Shown: positions 10,254-21,642, counted from the whole stretch's first letter. The stretch: 62,464 nucleotides of DNA, filler included, from an uncultured Ignavibacteriales bacterium (GCA_964611355.1; 10 parts of 10 records of this genome joined end to end with filler, not necessarily neighbours in it), one strand, 5' to 3'. Notes: generated by a model not told the origin, from the letters alone. Translations and numbers: made by a program.

Positions 10254-10648
10254 GGTTAGCCTCCTTATTGTGAATGATTGATAAATTCTTCGATTAATAA
10301 TATATATATTTGTTATTGATAACAACAAAAATGTTCGAATTAATCTATATAATAATTCAATATAAGAACTGATCCGATTTAATATATATGACGGTTTGGC
10401 CTTTTGCTTTTTCAGGTTTATGTCCGGAGTGCCCATCCGAATGTTAAGTAATTTTATTTCTGGATGATATTACTTCTTTGTCCGTCATAGATATAGGAAG
10501 ATATGGCGAAAAATGTCGTTGGAGCCCGTAATATCGGGAAGAAAATACGGCCTGAGGGGTACTCCTTATGATAATACGCCGGATAGATTTTGGTTGAATT
10601 CAATCCAGCGTGATCTTACTATTAATGTATAAAACTAAGGAGGATAAA

Positions 10649-12016
10649 ATGGGTGCGGTCTGGCGAAAAACGGCAGCGATTTTTATTATATCGCTTTTGA
10701 CCATATCTCCTGCCTCGGCCGACGATATCTCGCTGACGGTTTACAACACCGACCTTGGCGTGGTGCGGGAACTGCGAAACCTGACTTTTGAAAAAGGCAG
10801 CGGGCGAATCGCCTTTACCGATGTCGCCTCGCGAATTGACCCCACTTCGGTCAGCTTTGATATTGCCGATCCCGATCTGGCTGTCGAAATCCTTGAGCAA
10901 AACTACGCCTTTGATCTGGTGAGCCCGGAAAAGATTTACAGTAAGTATATTGACCACCCAATCGAGATTATTACCGAGAAGGGCGAACTGTTTTCGGGAA
11001 CTCTGCTTTCCTTTACAGGCGGTTACCTTGTAATAAAATCCGGCGACGGCCGGATAAAGTCTATCGTACAGGGTCAGGTTCGCGACGTTACTTTTCCCAA
11101 ACTTCCCGAAGGATTGATTACTCGGCCGACTCTTTTCTGGCTGTATAATTCGAACTTTTCCGGTTCGGCTGACGCCGTTGTAAGTTATCAGACCGGCGGG
11201 ATAAACTGGCATGCCGAGTATGTCGGTATCTTGAGCGAAAATGAGAATACGCTCGATCTGACCGGCTGGGTGTCGATTGACAACCGTAGCGGCAAAACCT
11301 ACCGCGATGCGAAATTAAAAGTCGTCGCCGGTGACATCCACCGAGCCCAGCCAAAAAGTAAAGGACCTCGTATGATGGAGTTGGCAGATATGGCGATGCC
11401 GCGCGCAGCCGCCGGCTTCGAGGAAAAACCATTTTTTGAATATCATCTTTATACCCTGCCGCGAAAAGCCACCATTGCCGACAACGAGATAAAGCAGATT
11501 TCGATGTTCGAACCGGCAAAGGCCGGGGTTGAGAAAGAACTGCGCTATAATGCCGAACCCGGGAATAAAAACGTGATGGTTTATATCAAGACTAGGAATT
11601 CCAAAGAGGTTGGGCTGGGGATGCCGCTTCCGGCCGGTCGGGTGCGGGTTTTCAAGGCTGACAGCGATGGTTCGATGATTCTTCTGGGCGAGGACAAAAT
11701 CGACCACACGCCCAGAAACGAGGAAGTGAAACTGACTATCGGGGAAGCTTTTGATGTCGTCGGCGAGACGACCACCGTTTCCCAGCGCCGGGTTTCGGAT
11801 AAGGTTACCGAAATCGATTATCGCATCGAAGTCCGTAACCAAAAAGACAAACCTGTTACCGTGGTAGTGTTCAAAAGGTTGAGCGGTTTCTGGGAAATAG
11901 CCTCGTCCAGCGTTGACTTTGTCAAAAAGTCGGCTAATGAAGTGGAGTGGACGCTTGATATCGCCGCGGAAGAGAAAGGCGTGATTGATTTTACGGTGCG
12001 GTTCACCCACCGTTGA
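10649..12016 (+). CDS. DUF4139 domain secreted protein
   Basis: Signal peptide; LTVYN.DLGVVRE, WHAEY, YHLYTL and PLPAGRVRVF motifs; AAGGAGG RBS. Confidence 0.85.
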   Translation: MGAVWRKTAAIFIISLLTISPASADDISLTVYNTDLGVVRELRNLTFEKGSGRIAFTDVASRIDPTSVSFDIADPDLAVEILEQNYAFDLVSPEKIYSKYIDHPIEIITEKGELFSGTLLSFTGGYLVIKSGDGRIKSIVQGQVRDVTFPKLPEGLITRPTLFWLYNSNFSGSADAVVSYQTGGINWHAEYVGILSENENTLDLTGWVSIDNRSGKTYRDAKLKVVAGDIHRAQPKSKGPRMMELADMAMPRAAAGFEEKPFFEYHLYTLPRKATIADNEIKQISMFEPAKAGVEKELRYNAEPGNKNVMVYIKTRNSKEVGLGMPLPAGRVRVFKADSDGSMILLGEDKIDHTPRNEEVKLTIGEAFDVVGETTTVSQRRVSDKVTEIDYRIEVRNQKDKPVTVVVFKRLSGFWEIASSSVDFVKKSANEVEWTLDIAAEEKGVIDFTVRFTHR

Positions 12017-12104
12017 TTACGGTAATGCGGGCCAAAAGAGCGATTGACTTTGACACGGCGATATCCTAAATTGAGGCGATTTTTTTAAGAATCGGGAGGT
12101 CCAG

Positions 12105-13487
12105 GTGAAAAAGGTCGGGAAAATTATGGCAGTTTTGCTGGCTACGGCGCTTTTGGTACCGCTGGCAAAGAGTGAGGAAAACCGCGACCTTTGGTCGCTT
12201 TCTACCTTTATCCAGTCGGCCAAAATTCAATACCAGCATGTATATAAAAAGACCAAACTGAGAGAAGACCTGTATTGGTCGATCGATTTGCTCCGGGAGG
12301 CGTCCGAACGGTTTGATCATGCTCCCCAGGTCTATTTTATGCTGGGATCGTTCTTTGCCGAAATCAATGCGCTTGACACCATGTCCGCATATTTTGACTC
12401 AACGATGATATATTGCGCGGACACTACGGTTGACAAGAAATATAGAAAAAACTGCTACAAGAAAGACAATTACGAAAAGAAGATTGAGAACTTCCGACTG
12501 AAGTACTGGGAAGAATCATTTAATGAAGCCGCGGAGTACCTAAGTCAGTATGATACAATCGCCGCCTGGCTGGAGAGGGCGGTGGACGAGGATTCCATCC
12601 GAACCCTGGACAGCATGAAGGCCGTCGCCTTCAACCGTTGCCTGCGCGATTTTGAGCAGGCGGTCAGGCTAAAGCCTGAAGAACCCAAATCTCTTGGCGG
12701 TATCGGTATTTTATATCAACGCGAGAATCAGAATGAGAAGGCGGTTGAATATTACAAAAAGGCGCTGGAATTGGAGGGAGAATCCGCCGACGGCGTTAGT
12801 AAGGTTGCCTACGCCTATATAGTTATCCCGAACTGGGATAGTTCAATAGTCTGGTTTAAAAAGCTTCTTGATTATGATTCAACAAACACCAGTGCCCTGA
12901 TCAACCTATCGATCTGCTATAGTTCAATCAATGACTACGAAAAATCTTATGAATACACCGAAAAACTGTTGGAACTTGAGCCGAATAATACCCAATCCCT
13001 GTTTAATGCAGGCCAGTACTGGTTCCTGCAGATGCAGGATGCTGCCGCCGCCATGGCTGATGTCTCCGATTCATTGCCTGATGCGAAAGCCAAAAAGAAG
13101 GGGATGGAGGAACTTACGGCCAAACACCGCGATAAAGCCGCAGGCTATTTTGAAAGGATCCTCGAGGTCAATCCCGAAGACCTTGATGCTCTCAAACGGC
13201 TTGGTATTCTTTACCTGATCGGACAGAAGGCCGAAGACGCCGCCGCCGCTTTTACCAAAAACATGGAGATTGATCCTACCGACAACGATGCTCTTGATTA
13301 TCTGGGACAGGCCTACATCCAGATGGGTGACTTCAAACGAGCGGTGGAACCTTATGAAAAATTGTTGGAAAACGACCCCGGAAATCTCGATGCCTGGGAA
13401 CGGATCGAAGAGTTGTACCGTTATACCGACCAGCCCGATAAGGCCGAAAATGCGAAGGCAAAAATAGAAGAACTTAAAAAGCTGTGA
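12105..13487 (+). CDS. Secreted tetratricopeptide repeat protein
   Basis: Signal peptide and multiple TPR units (e.g. AVEYYKKALEL, AVEPYEKLLENDP). Confidence 0.85.
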   Translation: MKKVGKIMAVLLATALLVPLAKSEENRDLWSLSTFIQSAKIQYQHVYKKTKLREDLYWSIDLLREASERFDHAPQVYFMLGSFFAEINALDTMSAYFDSTMIYCADTTVDKKYRKNCYKKDNYEKKIENFRLKYWEESFNEAAEYLSQYDTIAAWLERAVDEDSIRTLDSMKAVAFNRCLRDFEQAVRLKPEEPKSLGGIGILYQRENQNEKAVEYYKKALELEGESADGVSKVAYAYIVIPNWDSSIVWFKKLLDYDSTNTSALINLSICYSSINDYEKSYEYTEKLLELEPNNTQSLFNAGQYWFLQMQDAAAAMADVSDSLPDAKAKKKGMEELTAKHRDKAAGYFERILEVNPEDLDALKRLGILYLIGQKAEDAAAAFTKNMEIDPTDNDALDYLGQAYIQMGDFKRAVEPYEKLLENDPGNLDAWERIEELYRYTDQPDKAENAKAKIEELKKL

Positions 13488-13509
13488 CAGGACTTTTCAC
13501 CGGAATTTG

Positions 13510-13538
13510 AAGGGCAGCCGCACGGCTGCCCTTTTTTT
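13510..13538 (+). terminator. Rho-independent terminator
   Basis: AAGGGCAGCCG-CA-CGGCTGCCCTT hairpin followed by a T run. Confidence 0.8.
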
Positions 13539-13543
13539 AGATT

Positions 13544-15997
13544 ATGGCTGAAACGCTTATCAATCTGGCCGTGGTCGGCCCGTATCGTAATCTATTCACC
13601 TATAAAATCCGATCGGAAGATGCCGTCGATCTTCAAAAAGGATGCCGCTTTCTGGCGCCGTTCGGCAACGGGATGAAAGTCGGCTTTTTTGTCGAAAAGC
13701 AGATTGAACCGGTTGGCTATCGCATGCGGTATGTCAGAGAGCGGATTGATACATTTTCCCCTTTCCCGGAGTATTTGTTCGAATTCTGCCGCTGGATATC
13801 AGATTATTACTTTGCCGGGCCGGGCGAAACGCTGGCGGCGGCCTTACCCGGAACCGCCAAAAGAAAACCAAAACTTGAATTTGTTACTGTCGATCGCAAT
13901 TTCTTTGAAACGTTCGATTCAAACAACAAAGTTGCCGTTAAGTTGGCGATAAAATTTCTTAGAGGCAGCCCGGTCAGAGAGGATTACATATCCAAAGACA
14001 AGGCTTTGATTCCTATTGTTCGCGAATGGCTTCAATCCGGAGTTATCGCGCCGCGCTATCGGGTGAAAACGACGCGAAAGAAAGTCATCGGTTATCGTTT
14101 ACGGTCAGATTGGAAAGAGAAGGATTTGTCTAAGGCAACGGAACAGACTGATCGAATACAGCCCGGTAATATCTATACCGGAAAGCAGCTTGTAGAAGAT
14201 TATGGTTTCACGACATATCAGATAACAAAACTGCATAAGAACAACACCCTCGAAAAAGTGTACGACGAAAGCGGCCTGACTGATCTGACCAATTATCCCA
14301 TCCGGTACGATCTACCCGGCTTGGAACTTCTCGATGGTCAAAAGCAGGCACTCGATGAGATATCCCCGGCAATAGACGAAAAGAGATTTGAACCGTTTAT
14401 GCTTTTCGGCATCACCGGTTCGGGCAAGACGATGGTTTACTGTCATGCCGCAAAGAAAGCGGTCGAGGCAGGAGGTTCGGTTCTGGTGATGGTGCCGGAG
14501 ATCGCCTTATCCGGTCTTCTTCTGTCATCTTTTGCCGCCTTTTTCGGCGACCGCGTGGCGGTGATGCATTCTGGGTTGACACCCGGTCAACGTTACGCCA
14601 TCCGCGAAAAAATCGCTTCGGGCGATATTAAAGTTGTCATCGGACCCCGGTCGGCTGTCTTTTCTCCGCTGAAGGATCTGCGCCTGATAATCGTCGATGA
14701 AGAGCATGACCCGTCGTACAAGCAGGATGATCCTGCGCCGCGTTATCACGGTCGCGACGCTGCCGTAATGCTGGCTCGGATGGTCGGCGTCCCCATAATT
14801 CTCGGGTCGGCATCGCCGTCGATGGAGTCTTATCACAACGCCGTTACCGGGCGGTACCGGCTTTTGACGCTCGATCGGCGGCCAATATCCGGTTACCGGA
14901 TGCCGAAGATCGAGACGCTGGATATGAGAACCGAAAAGATATCCGGCGAATGTTCGTTTTTGTCGTATCGGCTCAAGAAGGAAACTGAAAAACATATCGC
15001 CGCCGGGGGACAGGTTATTTATTATCTCAACCGGCGGGGCTTTTCGCCGAGTCTCAAATGTCGGCAATGCGGCCATGTGCCCGCCTGCCCCGACTGCGGC
15101 ATCACCTATACTTATCATCGCGCGGGGCATCAGCTCAAATGTCATTTCTGCGACCGAGCCATACCGGCTCCCGACCGATGCGACCGATGCGGCGCGGCTG
15201 ATTTTATCTACGTCGGCGCGGGAACGCAGCGGGTCGAGGAGAACCTGTCGCGGCTGTTTGCGGATATCAAAGCCGAACGGATCGATTCGGACAGGGCGGC
15301 GGCCAAATCGGGGCGGCTTATCCTGGGTGATTTTGCCGAGGAGAAGTTCAGCCTCCTTATCGGAACGCAGATGGTCACCAAAGGACTCGATATTCCCGGC
15401 GTAACGCTGGTGGGTGTGCTGTCGGCCGATATCGGGCTGGATATGCCCGATTTCCGCGCCGCCGAGAAAACTTATGCGCGACTTCTGCAGGTAGCCGGAC
15501 GAACCGGGCGGGGTGAGCGCAAAGGCCTGGTCATAATTCAGACCTATTACAACGATCATCCGGTCATCCGGCACATGACCGAAGGCGACTACACCCGGTT
15601 TTACGATTCCGTAATCTCCGGGCGGCGTGAGCTTTCTTACCCGCCTTTTTCGCGGCTGATAAATATCACGCTGACCGGTAAAGACGAAAAGCTGTTGGAA
15701 TCGCAAGCATTAGCTTTTCGTATCAAGCTGGAAGGACGCCTGGCGGGGCTGGGAACCGACGGGCCATCGGCAGTATCAGACAATAAAAAAACAAGTTTTT
15801 ACCTGCGCCTGCTGGGGCCGGCGCCGGCGCCTTTGTATAAGCTTCGAGGTCAATTCCGCCGCCGGTTTATTATCAAGTGCTCATCGGTCAAAAAGATTCT
15901 TTCCCGCTTCCGCCGCTGGGAGAGCGAAGAAAAATCGTTCGGCCTGCCGTCGAAGATCAACATTATATTTGACATCGACCCGGTGAATATGATGTGA
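13544..15997 (+). CDS. priA: Primosomal protein N' (replication restart helicase)
   Basis: GITGSGKT, DEEH, GSASPS, LNRRGF, four CxxC zinc motifs, QVAGRTGR, DIDP end. Confidence 0.97.
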   Translation: MAETLINLAVVGPYRNLFTYKIRSEDAVDLQKGCRFLAPFGNGMKVGFFVEKQIEPVGYRMRYVRERIDTFSPFPEYLFEFCRWISDYYFAGPGETLAAALPGTAKRKPKLEFVTVDRNFFETFDSNNKVAVKLAIKFLRGSPVREDYISKDKALIPIVREWLQSGVIAPRYRVKTTRKKVIGYRLRSDWKEKDLSKATEQTDRIQPGNIYTGKQLVEDYGFTTYQITKLHKNNTLEKVYDESGLTDLTNYPIRYDLPGLELLDGQKQALDEISPAIDEKRFEPFMLFGITGSGKTMVYCHAAKKAVEAGGSVLVMVPEIALSGLLLSSFAAFFGDRVAVMHSGLTPGQRYAIREKIASGDIKVVIGPRSAVFSPLKDLRLIIVDEEHDPSYKQDDPAPRYHGRDAAVMLARMVGVPIILGSASPSMESYHNAVTGRYRLLTLDRRPISGYRMPKIETLDMRTEKISGECSFLSYRLKKETEKHIAAGGQVIYYLNRRGFSPSLKCRQCGHVPACPDCGITYTYHRAGHQLKCHFCDRAIPAPDRCDRCGAADFIYVGAGTQRVEENLSRLFADIKAERIDSDRAAAKSGRLILGDFAEEKFSLLIGTQMVTKGLDIPGVTLVGVLSADIGLDMPDFRAAEKTYARLLQVAGRTGRGERKGLVIIQTYYNDHPVIRHMTEGDYTRFYDSVISGRRELSYPPFSRLINITLTGKDEKLLESQALAFRIKLEGRLAGLGTDGPSAVSDNKKTSFYLRLLGPAPAPLYKLRGQFRRRFIIKCSSVKKILSRFRRWESEEKSFGLPSKINIIFDIDPVNMM

Positions 15998-16150
15998 GGG
16001 CGTGCGCCACTTATTCATAAGTAGGTTAAAAACCGCCCCGCACGCTACCAATTCCCAATGCTGGAGCAGTGAGTCACGCGCCGGTTTTTCCGTTTTCGAC
16101 TCTAATTGGCGAAATATTCCCATAACATAAAAACTTTCAACATGATAGGC

Positions 16151-16223
16151 GGAAATGGGTTTGTTCCGTCATATTTATGTTTTGCAACTACAGGTTTGGT
16201 GGTGATTGTTGGAGTGATTTATA
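16151..16223 (+). repeat. Dispersed intergenic repeat, copy 2
   Basis: GGAAATGGGTTTGTTCCGTCATATTTATGTTTTGCAACTACAGGTTTGGTGGTGATTGTTGGAGTGATTTATA, near-identical to 42235-42306. Confidence 0.85.
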
Positions 16224-16411
16224 TCGCGCCGGCATATATTTGAATAATCTGACATAGTTATCAATAGAAGGCGGGGGTTTTTGAATTAGCGGTGATGATG
16301 TTGTTAAACTGTTTTGTAGATGGTGATTCGGTTGTTACCGGTGGCGTCTCAGGAGGGATATTTTAACTCACCCGTTGGGGGGGCACCGAGTTTTTATCTT
16401 AGAATATTACA

Positions 16412-16440
16412 TTGCCATTGCTCTCCTGATGTGGTATAAT
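16412..16440 (+). promoter_or_regulatory. Sigma70-type promoter
   Basis: TTGCCA-N17-TATAAT with extended -10 TG, upstream of the ORF at 16508. Confidence 0.65.
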
Positions 16441-16507
16441 AATATGAAAGGTCTTGTATAATATTGTGTTATGCCTCATGAAATAGTATTTAAACAAGGA
16501 TTATAAA

Positions 16508-16675
16508 GTGCCACCCAGAAAACCTGATTATACAAAATATTCAAAAGAGGAACTCGTTGCGAAAATTACCGAACTGGAAAAGCGGAAAAAATACGGCCTG
16601 GTGTGGGAAGAAGAACGTGAACCGGAAAAAGTAGTTTTGCAATGTAAAAAACACCTCCCCGTTTTGAAAGAAATC
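16508..16675 (+). CDS. Site-specific DNA methyltransferase (type III R-M Mod-like), N-terminal fragment cut by contig end
   Basis: SKEELV..I..L...KKYGLVWEE..E is typical of Mod N-termini; no catalytic motifs visible. Confidence 0.65.
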
Positions 16676-16775
16676 NNNNNNNNNNNNNNNNNNNNNNNNN
16701 NNNNNNNNNNNNNNNNNNNTTAATTAATTAANNNNNNNNNNNNNNNNNNNNNNNNNNNNNNNNNNNNNNNNNNNN
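16676..16775. other. Artificial contig spacer
   Basis: N-TTAATTAATTAA-N, 100 nt. Confidence 0.97.
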
Positions 16776-17788
16776 TGAGCCACCGGAGGGGTATTGTCCT
16801 CAACGGTCACGGTTCCCTGGCAGGTATCGGCGAGACCGCCATCATCGGTAATAATCAAGGTTACTATTGTCTGGCCGACCGTATATGGTCCGGGTGGATT
16901 CTCCGTTATCGTAACCGGGTCGCCATCGGGATCGTACGAACCGTTATCGACACTGGCATCGGCCTGGCAATTGGCGTCGGCGTCAACGGTAACATCTTGG
17001 CAAATAGCTACCGGCGGATTGTTGGTCTCAAACATGACGACACCCAAAATCATATCATTGTGATCGAAGTTGGACGAGGTATGGTCATCGTCAATATAAA
17101 TCAGGTAATCATAATCGCCGGTGGCGCTGAAATTCTCTGTTGGGCAATAGAAATCATATGTAGCCCCGGTTCCTTTATAGCCGCTGACGTCATATACCAT
17201 AAACCACTGATGTCCATTTGCGGAAGAACCATAAGAAAGAGCCCGTTCCGAGAACAGGTAGGAGTCGCCATAGCTATAGACTCCGTTGTTATCGATATCG
17301 TTTAGCAGCCAGAGACCGACATTTATGCCCGAGGTCAATAATGAGTTGGTAGAAAACCCCTCATTATCGGAACCGATGAAGATCTGCGTTTGATTGTTGC
17401 CAACGCCCAGATCAGTATAAAAACCGAATATATTGACATCTTTCCAGCACGAGTACTCCTTGAGAAGATTCCAGGTTTGCGAATCGGCCGTAATGGCAGG
17501 TGTTACGTCTTCGTTTTCACCGGCAATCGGATCAATTTTGACGCCGTTGACTTCCAGGTAGGGACCACTACCGATTTCGCCAATCTCGTTCACGTCATAG
17601 GGACCGTCATACTGCTTCTGTGTAATCTCACCAGGATCGTCGGCGGCCATAACCGGCGACGCGACGACCAAAGCCAGACCAATAAAAAATGCGGCCATAT
17701 GCCAAAGGCCGCAAATTGACATTATTGGCTTTTGATTCCGGGCGGAAGACAAGCAGGCAAAGAAACCTGAGAGATGGATTCCTAACAT
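16776..17788 (-). CDS. Secreted protein with HYR/Ig-like repeat (3' truncated)
   Basis: Signal peptide; NNPPVAICQDVTV...DNGSYDPDGD...TVTVEDNTPPVA repeat. Confidence 0.7.
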
Positions 17789-18216
17789 CGTATTCCCCTC
17801 TGCGCTATATCAATTTAACAGTTTTTCAATCCTATCTTAGTATGTATTCTTTACGCTTACACAAAACACGTATGTAATAACTGTTTTCCGGCCTTACCCG
17901 GTAAACCTAAAACTGTGGTAATCTGAACTATTCTGTTGAAATATAACGAGATATTGGATATATGCAAGCAAAAAATCTGTTGTCTTTTGCATTAATTTTG
18001 AGCACTTGGCGAAATAAAATCTGCGGCTTTTATAACTCCGTAAACCATATTTACTTGTAATAGCGATTGCAAGCGTTAATTCAAGCTATTGTTAATACGA
18101 AACTAATCCTCTCCCCTTTTTTCTCAGATGACGATGATAAATGCCTCCCAAAAGCGCGACATTATCTTTATTGAAAACTGTTATTTACGCCGGGCAATTG
18201 CTCGGTTCAGCTCGGA

Positions 18217-19584
18217 TCAGGCTATCAATCCGGCCATGAAATCGCGGGCTGATATCATTTCGCTGGAAAAGACCTTCTCCCTTATCTCCGTCTGTTTATC
18301 CGAAAGCAGCAGATCGGCCGACAGGGAATTGAACTTGCTTTCGAGATCTTCCATGGTCATCGGTTCACGGGGGTCGCCCTTTGGATATTCAAGATATTCC
18401 GAATACTCTTTTCCGTCGGTAGTTTTGACGACCACTTTTGACGGTTGTTTGGCCGGGAACATTTTTTCAAATTCCTCGGAGGCTTCCCCTTTGATTTTAT
18501 CGATCACCTTCCAGATCCGTTCGTCTCTCATCTTCTCCTCGCAAAAAGTCTGCGTCGTAATCTTATGATCAACCAATGCAGCGGCTATACAATAAGGCAA
18601 TGAATGATCGGCCGTTTCCCGCGAGTCGGGACGATACTTGTGCGGATCAAACAAAATATCGCAGGCGCGCGCGATGGTAGTAACGGTCACCTGTTCAATC
18701 CGGTCGTAACCGATCTTGTTTTCTTTGACAGCCTTCAGCGCCGCCGTAATATGGGTATGCGTCAGCGCCTCGGTCGGAAAAGCCTTCATACTGCATTCCA
18801 GTATTTTGAAATTCTCGCCGAGATTTCCAGTCAGCTTTTCCCGCGCCCATCCCGGCCCATAGACATCCATAAATCCTTCTTTTCCTTCGAAGACCGCCTC
18901 GGTGCCGGTATATCCTTTGGCCGCCATCAACGCCGCCAGAACGCCGCTTTGCACCGCCATCGGATCGACCGTATTTTTCATCATGGTCAGCCTGCCGGCG
19001 GTGGGACATCCGATAGTATGATTATGCGAACCGCCAATGCCGATAGCATTAACCATCTGGTCAACCGTCAAGCCGAGCATTTTACCCGCAACAATAGGCG
19101 AAACAAACTGCGTCAAGGTCGCGTGATGCCATTTTCTCTCACGTACACCCGGTATGGCGAATTCGCATAGCCTCTGTTCAAACTCATAGGCCAGAACAAC
19201 AGCAACGATAACTTCTTTCATCGAAGCGTCAACCATCTCACCGGTTGACAGCGCCGCCGGAATCAGATCAGACGGGTGCGAGGGGTCTTCTTTCCAATAA
19301 ATATCGTTAAAATCGAGGGCGCGGATCATAAGCGAATTAACAAGGGTGGCGTTAACGGCGGGAATCCTATCGCCGAAACCGATTAGCGTCGCCTCTTCTT
19401 TACCGCCCATATTGCGGTAGATATCACGCAGGATATTAACATCCCTTGTATGATATCCTCCGTAAGCACATCCGATTGAATCATACAGATACCTTTTTAC
19501 TTCTTTGACTACCTTTTCAGGCAGGTCATCATATTTTAAATTTACCGCGAATTCCGCTATCTGTCTCGATATTGACTTTTCCAT
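18217..19584 (-). CDS. prpD: MmgE/PrpD family protein (2-methylcitrate dehydratase-like)
   Basis: RALDFND, SHPSD, ETADHSLPY and PKGDPREP motifs. Confidence 0.85.
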   Translation of the reverse strand: MEKSISRQIAEFAVNLKYDDLPEKVVKEVKRYLYDSIGCAYGGYHTRDVNILRDIYRNMGGKEEATLIGFGDRIPAVNATLVNSLMIRALDFNDIYWKEDPSHPSDLIPAALSTGEMVDASMKEVIVAVVLAYEFEQRLCEFAIPGVRERKWHHATLTQFVSPIVAGKMLGLTVDQMVNAIGIGGSHNHTIGCPTAGRLTMMKNTVDPMAVQSGVLAALMAAKGYTGTEAVFEGKEGFMDVYGPGWAREKLTGNLGENFKILECSMKAFPTEALTHTHITAALKAVKENKIGYDRIEQVTVTTIARACDILFDPHKYRPDSRETADHSLPYCIAAALVDHKITTQTFCEEKMRDERIWKVIDKIKGEASEEFEKMFPAKQPSKVVVKTTDGKEYSEYLEYPKGDPREPMTMEDLESKFNSLSADLLLSDKQTEIREKVFSSEMISARDFMAGLIA

Positions 19585-19626
19585 GAGCTGTTCCTCTATT
19601 GGATAGAAAGGGTACTCTCTATTTGG

Positions 19627-21600
19627 CTAATTATTCAGGCTATTTCTCACCCAGTTTTCCAGACCTTCTGCAAGTATCAGTTCCTGAGCGGTGGTTCCCA
19701 CCGGACTGACACGATAAATCTTGCCGTTGGCGGTCAACTCTGACCGGCGTACGTCAATCACTGCCGTTATGCCGGTGCGAACAGAAAGCTTACCCGTGCC
19801 GAAACGATCTTTCAAGTCTTTCACGAAATCAGGGGCCTCGATTACCGGGAAACCGTTGTTTATGGCGTTTCGCTTATATGTCTGCGAGAATGACCCTGCG
19901 ATAACCAGCTTTATTCCTCGATATTTCAACGCAGTAGCAGCCTGCTCGCGCGAAGATCCGCTTCCGAAGTTAAAACCACCCACAAGAATATCGCCTTCTT
20001 TGACCATCCGTCCGAATTCCGGATCATAGTTTTCCATCACCACCTCGGCCCGCTGCTGCGGCGTAAAATCGTCGATATATGTATATTTCCCCGGATAAAT
20101 GCCGTCGGTATTCAGGTTGTCCTGATGACAGAAGATTATCTCGCCTTCGATAGTATCCGGGAATCCGTCGAGGATTCCTATTTTTTCACTTTCGGCAGGC
20201 AGCTTGTTATAAACCTTGATACTACCCTCGGTTTGAACTGACTCAAAACCGGCAGGCCCGTCAATAAAGCCGGAAATTGCCGAAGCCGCCACTACTTCCG
20301 GCGAGGCCAGGTAAACCTCGGCAAGCTTCGATCCCATCCTTCCCTTGAAATTTCGGTTAGTGGCCGAGATGCCAACCTCGCCGTCTTCAAGAAGTCCTGC
20401 GCCGAGGCCGATACACGGGCCGCATCCGGGCGGCAGAGTTTTGGCCCCGGCGTCGATCAGCGTTTGCCAATCGCCTCGTTTTTCGCTTTCGGCCTGAACC
20501 TCACCGGATGCTGCGGCAATATAAAACTTAACCCCGTCGGCGACTTTCTTTCCCCGGACAACATCAGCCGCAACCGATATATCGTCGGCCCGGCTGTTGA
20601 CGCATGATACGAGATAGGCTTTGTCGATCTTCACTCGCTTCCTGCGGATTTCAGATATCGGAGTCATCGTCTTGACATGATCGGGGCCGGAAACCTGCGG
20701 CTGAACTGTTGATATATCGAGAGTGATTTTTTTGGCATAGAAAGCATCCGGGTCGGCAGTAATCATATCTTTTCCCAGTTCATCAATTCGTTTTTGATTC
20801 ACGCGGGGATGCTCGCCGCCGCCGTCGATATCTGAAGGAACACCGGCCGGGCCGCGATCGGCAATAAATTTCGCCCGCTTGCGAAGCCAGTTGATTGTCT
20901 TTTCGTCAACAGGAAACACGCCCGCCAGAGCGCCCCATTCGGTCGTCATATTGGCGATAGTAAGCCGTGAATCAATGTCAAGTAAAGCGGCGCCCTCCCC
21001 CACAAATTCGACCGCATGGTTGAGAACTTCGTCCTTATTGAAATACCCGCAAAGGGTGATAATAACATCTTTCCCGGTCGCTCCCGGCCTTAGTTTCCCG
21101 ACCAGCTCCACCTTTGCCACCGGCGGAATAAGCCACCATGTTTTCCCCGTGGCCCAGATGGCGGCGGCGTCGGTGCGGACAATCGGCGTTCCCAGACAAC
21201 CCAGACCGCCATACATATTGGAATGGCTGTCCGAGGCAACCGCCATTGTACCCGGCCACGCATAGCCTTCTTCGCACATTATCTGATGCCCGATCCCTCG
21301 ACCGGCTGGATAAAAATCAACACCCATTTCGGCGGCGAATTCCCGAATGCCGGAGTATTTTTTGAGATTTTTCTCCGATCTGTCCTGCACGTTATGATCG
21401 AGAGCAAAAACCGGCTGGCGTGGATCGGCAACCTTTTTGGCGCCGATACTTTTGAATTTCGGTATTACCGCGCCGGTGTTGTCATGCGTCATCACGTGAG
21501 CGGGCCGGATAAACAGGTAGTCGCCGCTGTGAATTTCCCGTCCTTCTTTCAGCCCGACCGCAAAACGCCGGGCGATTTTTTCTATCAGGTTTTGGGCCAT
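19627..21600 (-). CDS. lysF: Single-chain homoaconitase (fungal Lys4/LysF-like aconitase family, fused swivel domain)
   Basis: MTHDN, DH, GRGIGHQ, ASDSHSN, RTDAAAIWATG.TWW, Fe-S ligands SCVNSR and GCGPCIG, NTDGIYPGKYTY, FGSGSSREQA. Confidence 0.8.
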   Translation of the reverse strand: MAQNLIEKIARRFAVGLKEGREIHSGDYLFIRPAHVMTHDNTGAVIPKFKSIGAKKVADPRQPVFALDHNVQDRSEKNLKKYSGIREFAAEMGVDFYPAGRGIGHQIMCEEGYAWPGTMAVASDSHSNMYGGLGCLGTPIVRTDAAAIWATGKTWWLIPPVAKVELVGKLRPGATGKDVIITLCGYFNKDEVLNHAVEFVGEGAALLDIDSRLTIANMTTEWGALAGVFPVDEKTINWLRKRAKFIADRGPAGVPSDIDGGGEHPRVNQKRIDELGKDMITADPDAFYAKKITLDISTVQPQVSGPDHVKTMTPISEIRRKRVKIDKAYLVSCVNSRADDISVAADVVRGKKVADGVKFYIAAASGEVQAESEKRGDWQTLIDAGAKTLPPGCGPCIGLGAGLLEDGEVGISATNRNFKGRMGSKLAEVYLASPEVVAASAISGFIDGPAGFESVQTEGSIKVYNKLPAESEKIGILDGFPDTIEGEIIFCHQDNLNTDGIYPGKYTYIDDFTPQQRAEVVMENYDPEFGRMVKEGDILVGGFNFGSGSSREQAATALKYRGIKLVIAGSFSQTYKRNAINNGFPVIEAPDFVKDLKDRFGTGKLSVRTGITAVIDVRRSELTANGKIYRVSPVGTTAQELILAEGLENWVRNSLNN

Positions 21601-21642
21601 AGTTATCTCCTGAGTCTTTTTGACCCTTTGTCGCCGGTGAAA

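Noticed and set aside
9996..10436. Peroxiredoxin as a pseudogene or as two genes
   Set aside because: The stop is UGA at the catalytic site with a SECIS-like hairpin, so Sec recoding fits better.
14525..15706. 393-aa antisense ORF (likewise 40755-41864, 28504-29226, 24904-25704)
   Set aside because: Shadow ORFs opposite well-supported genes.
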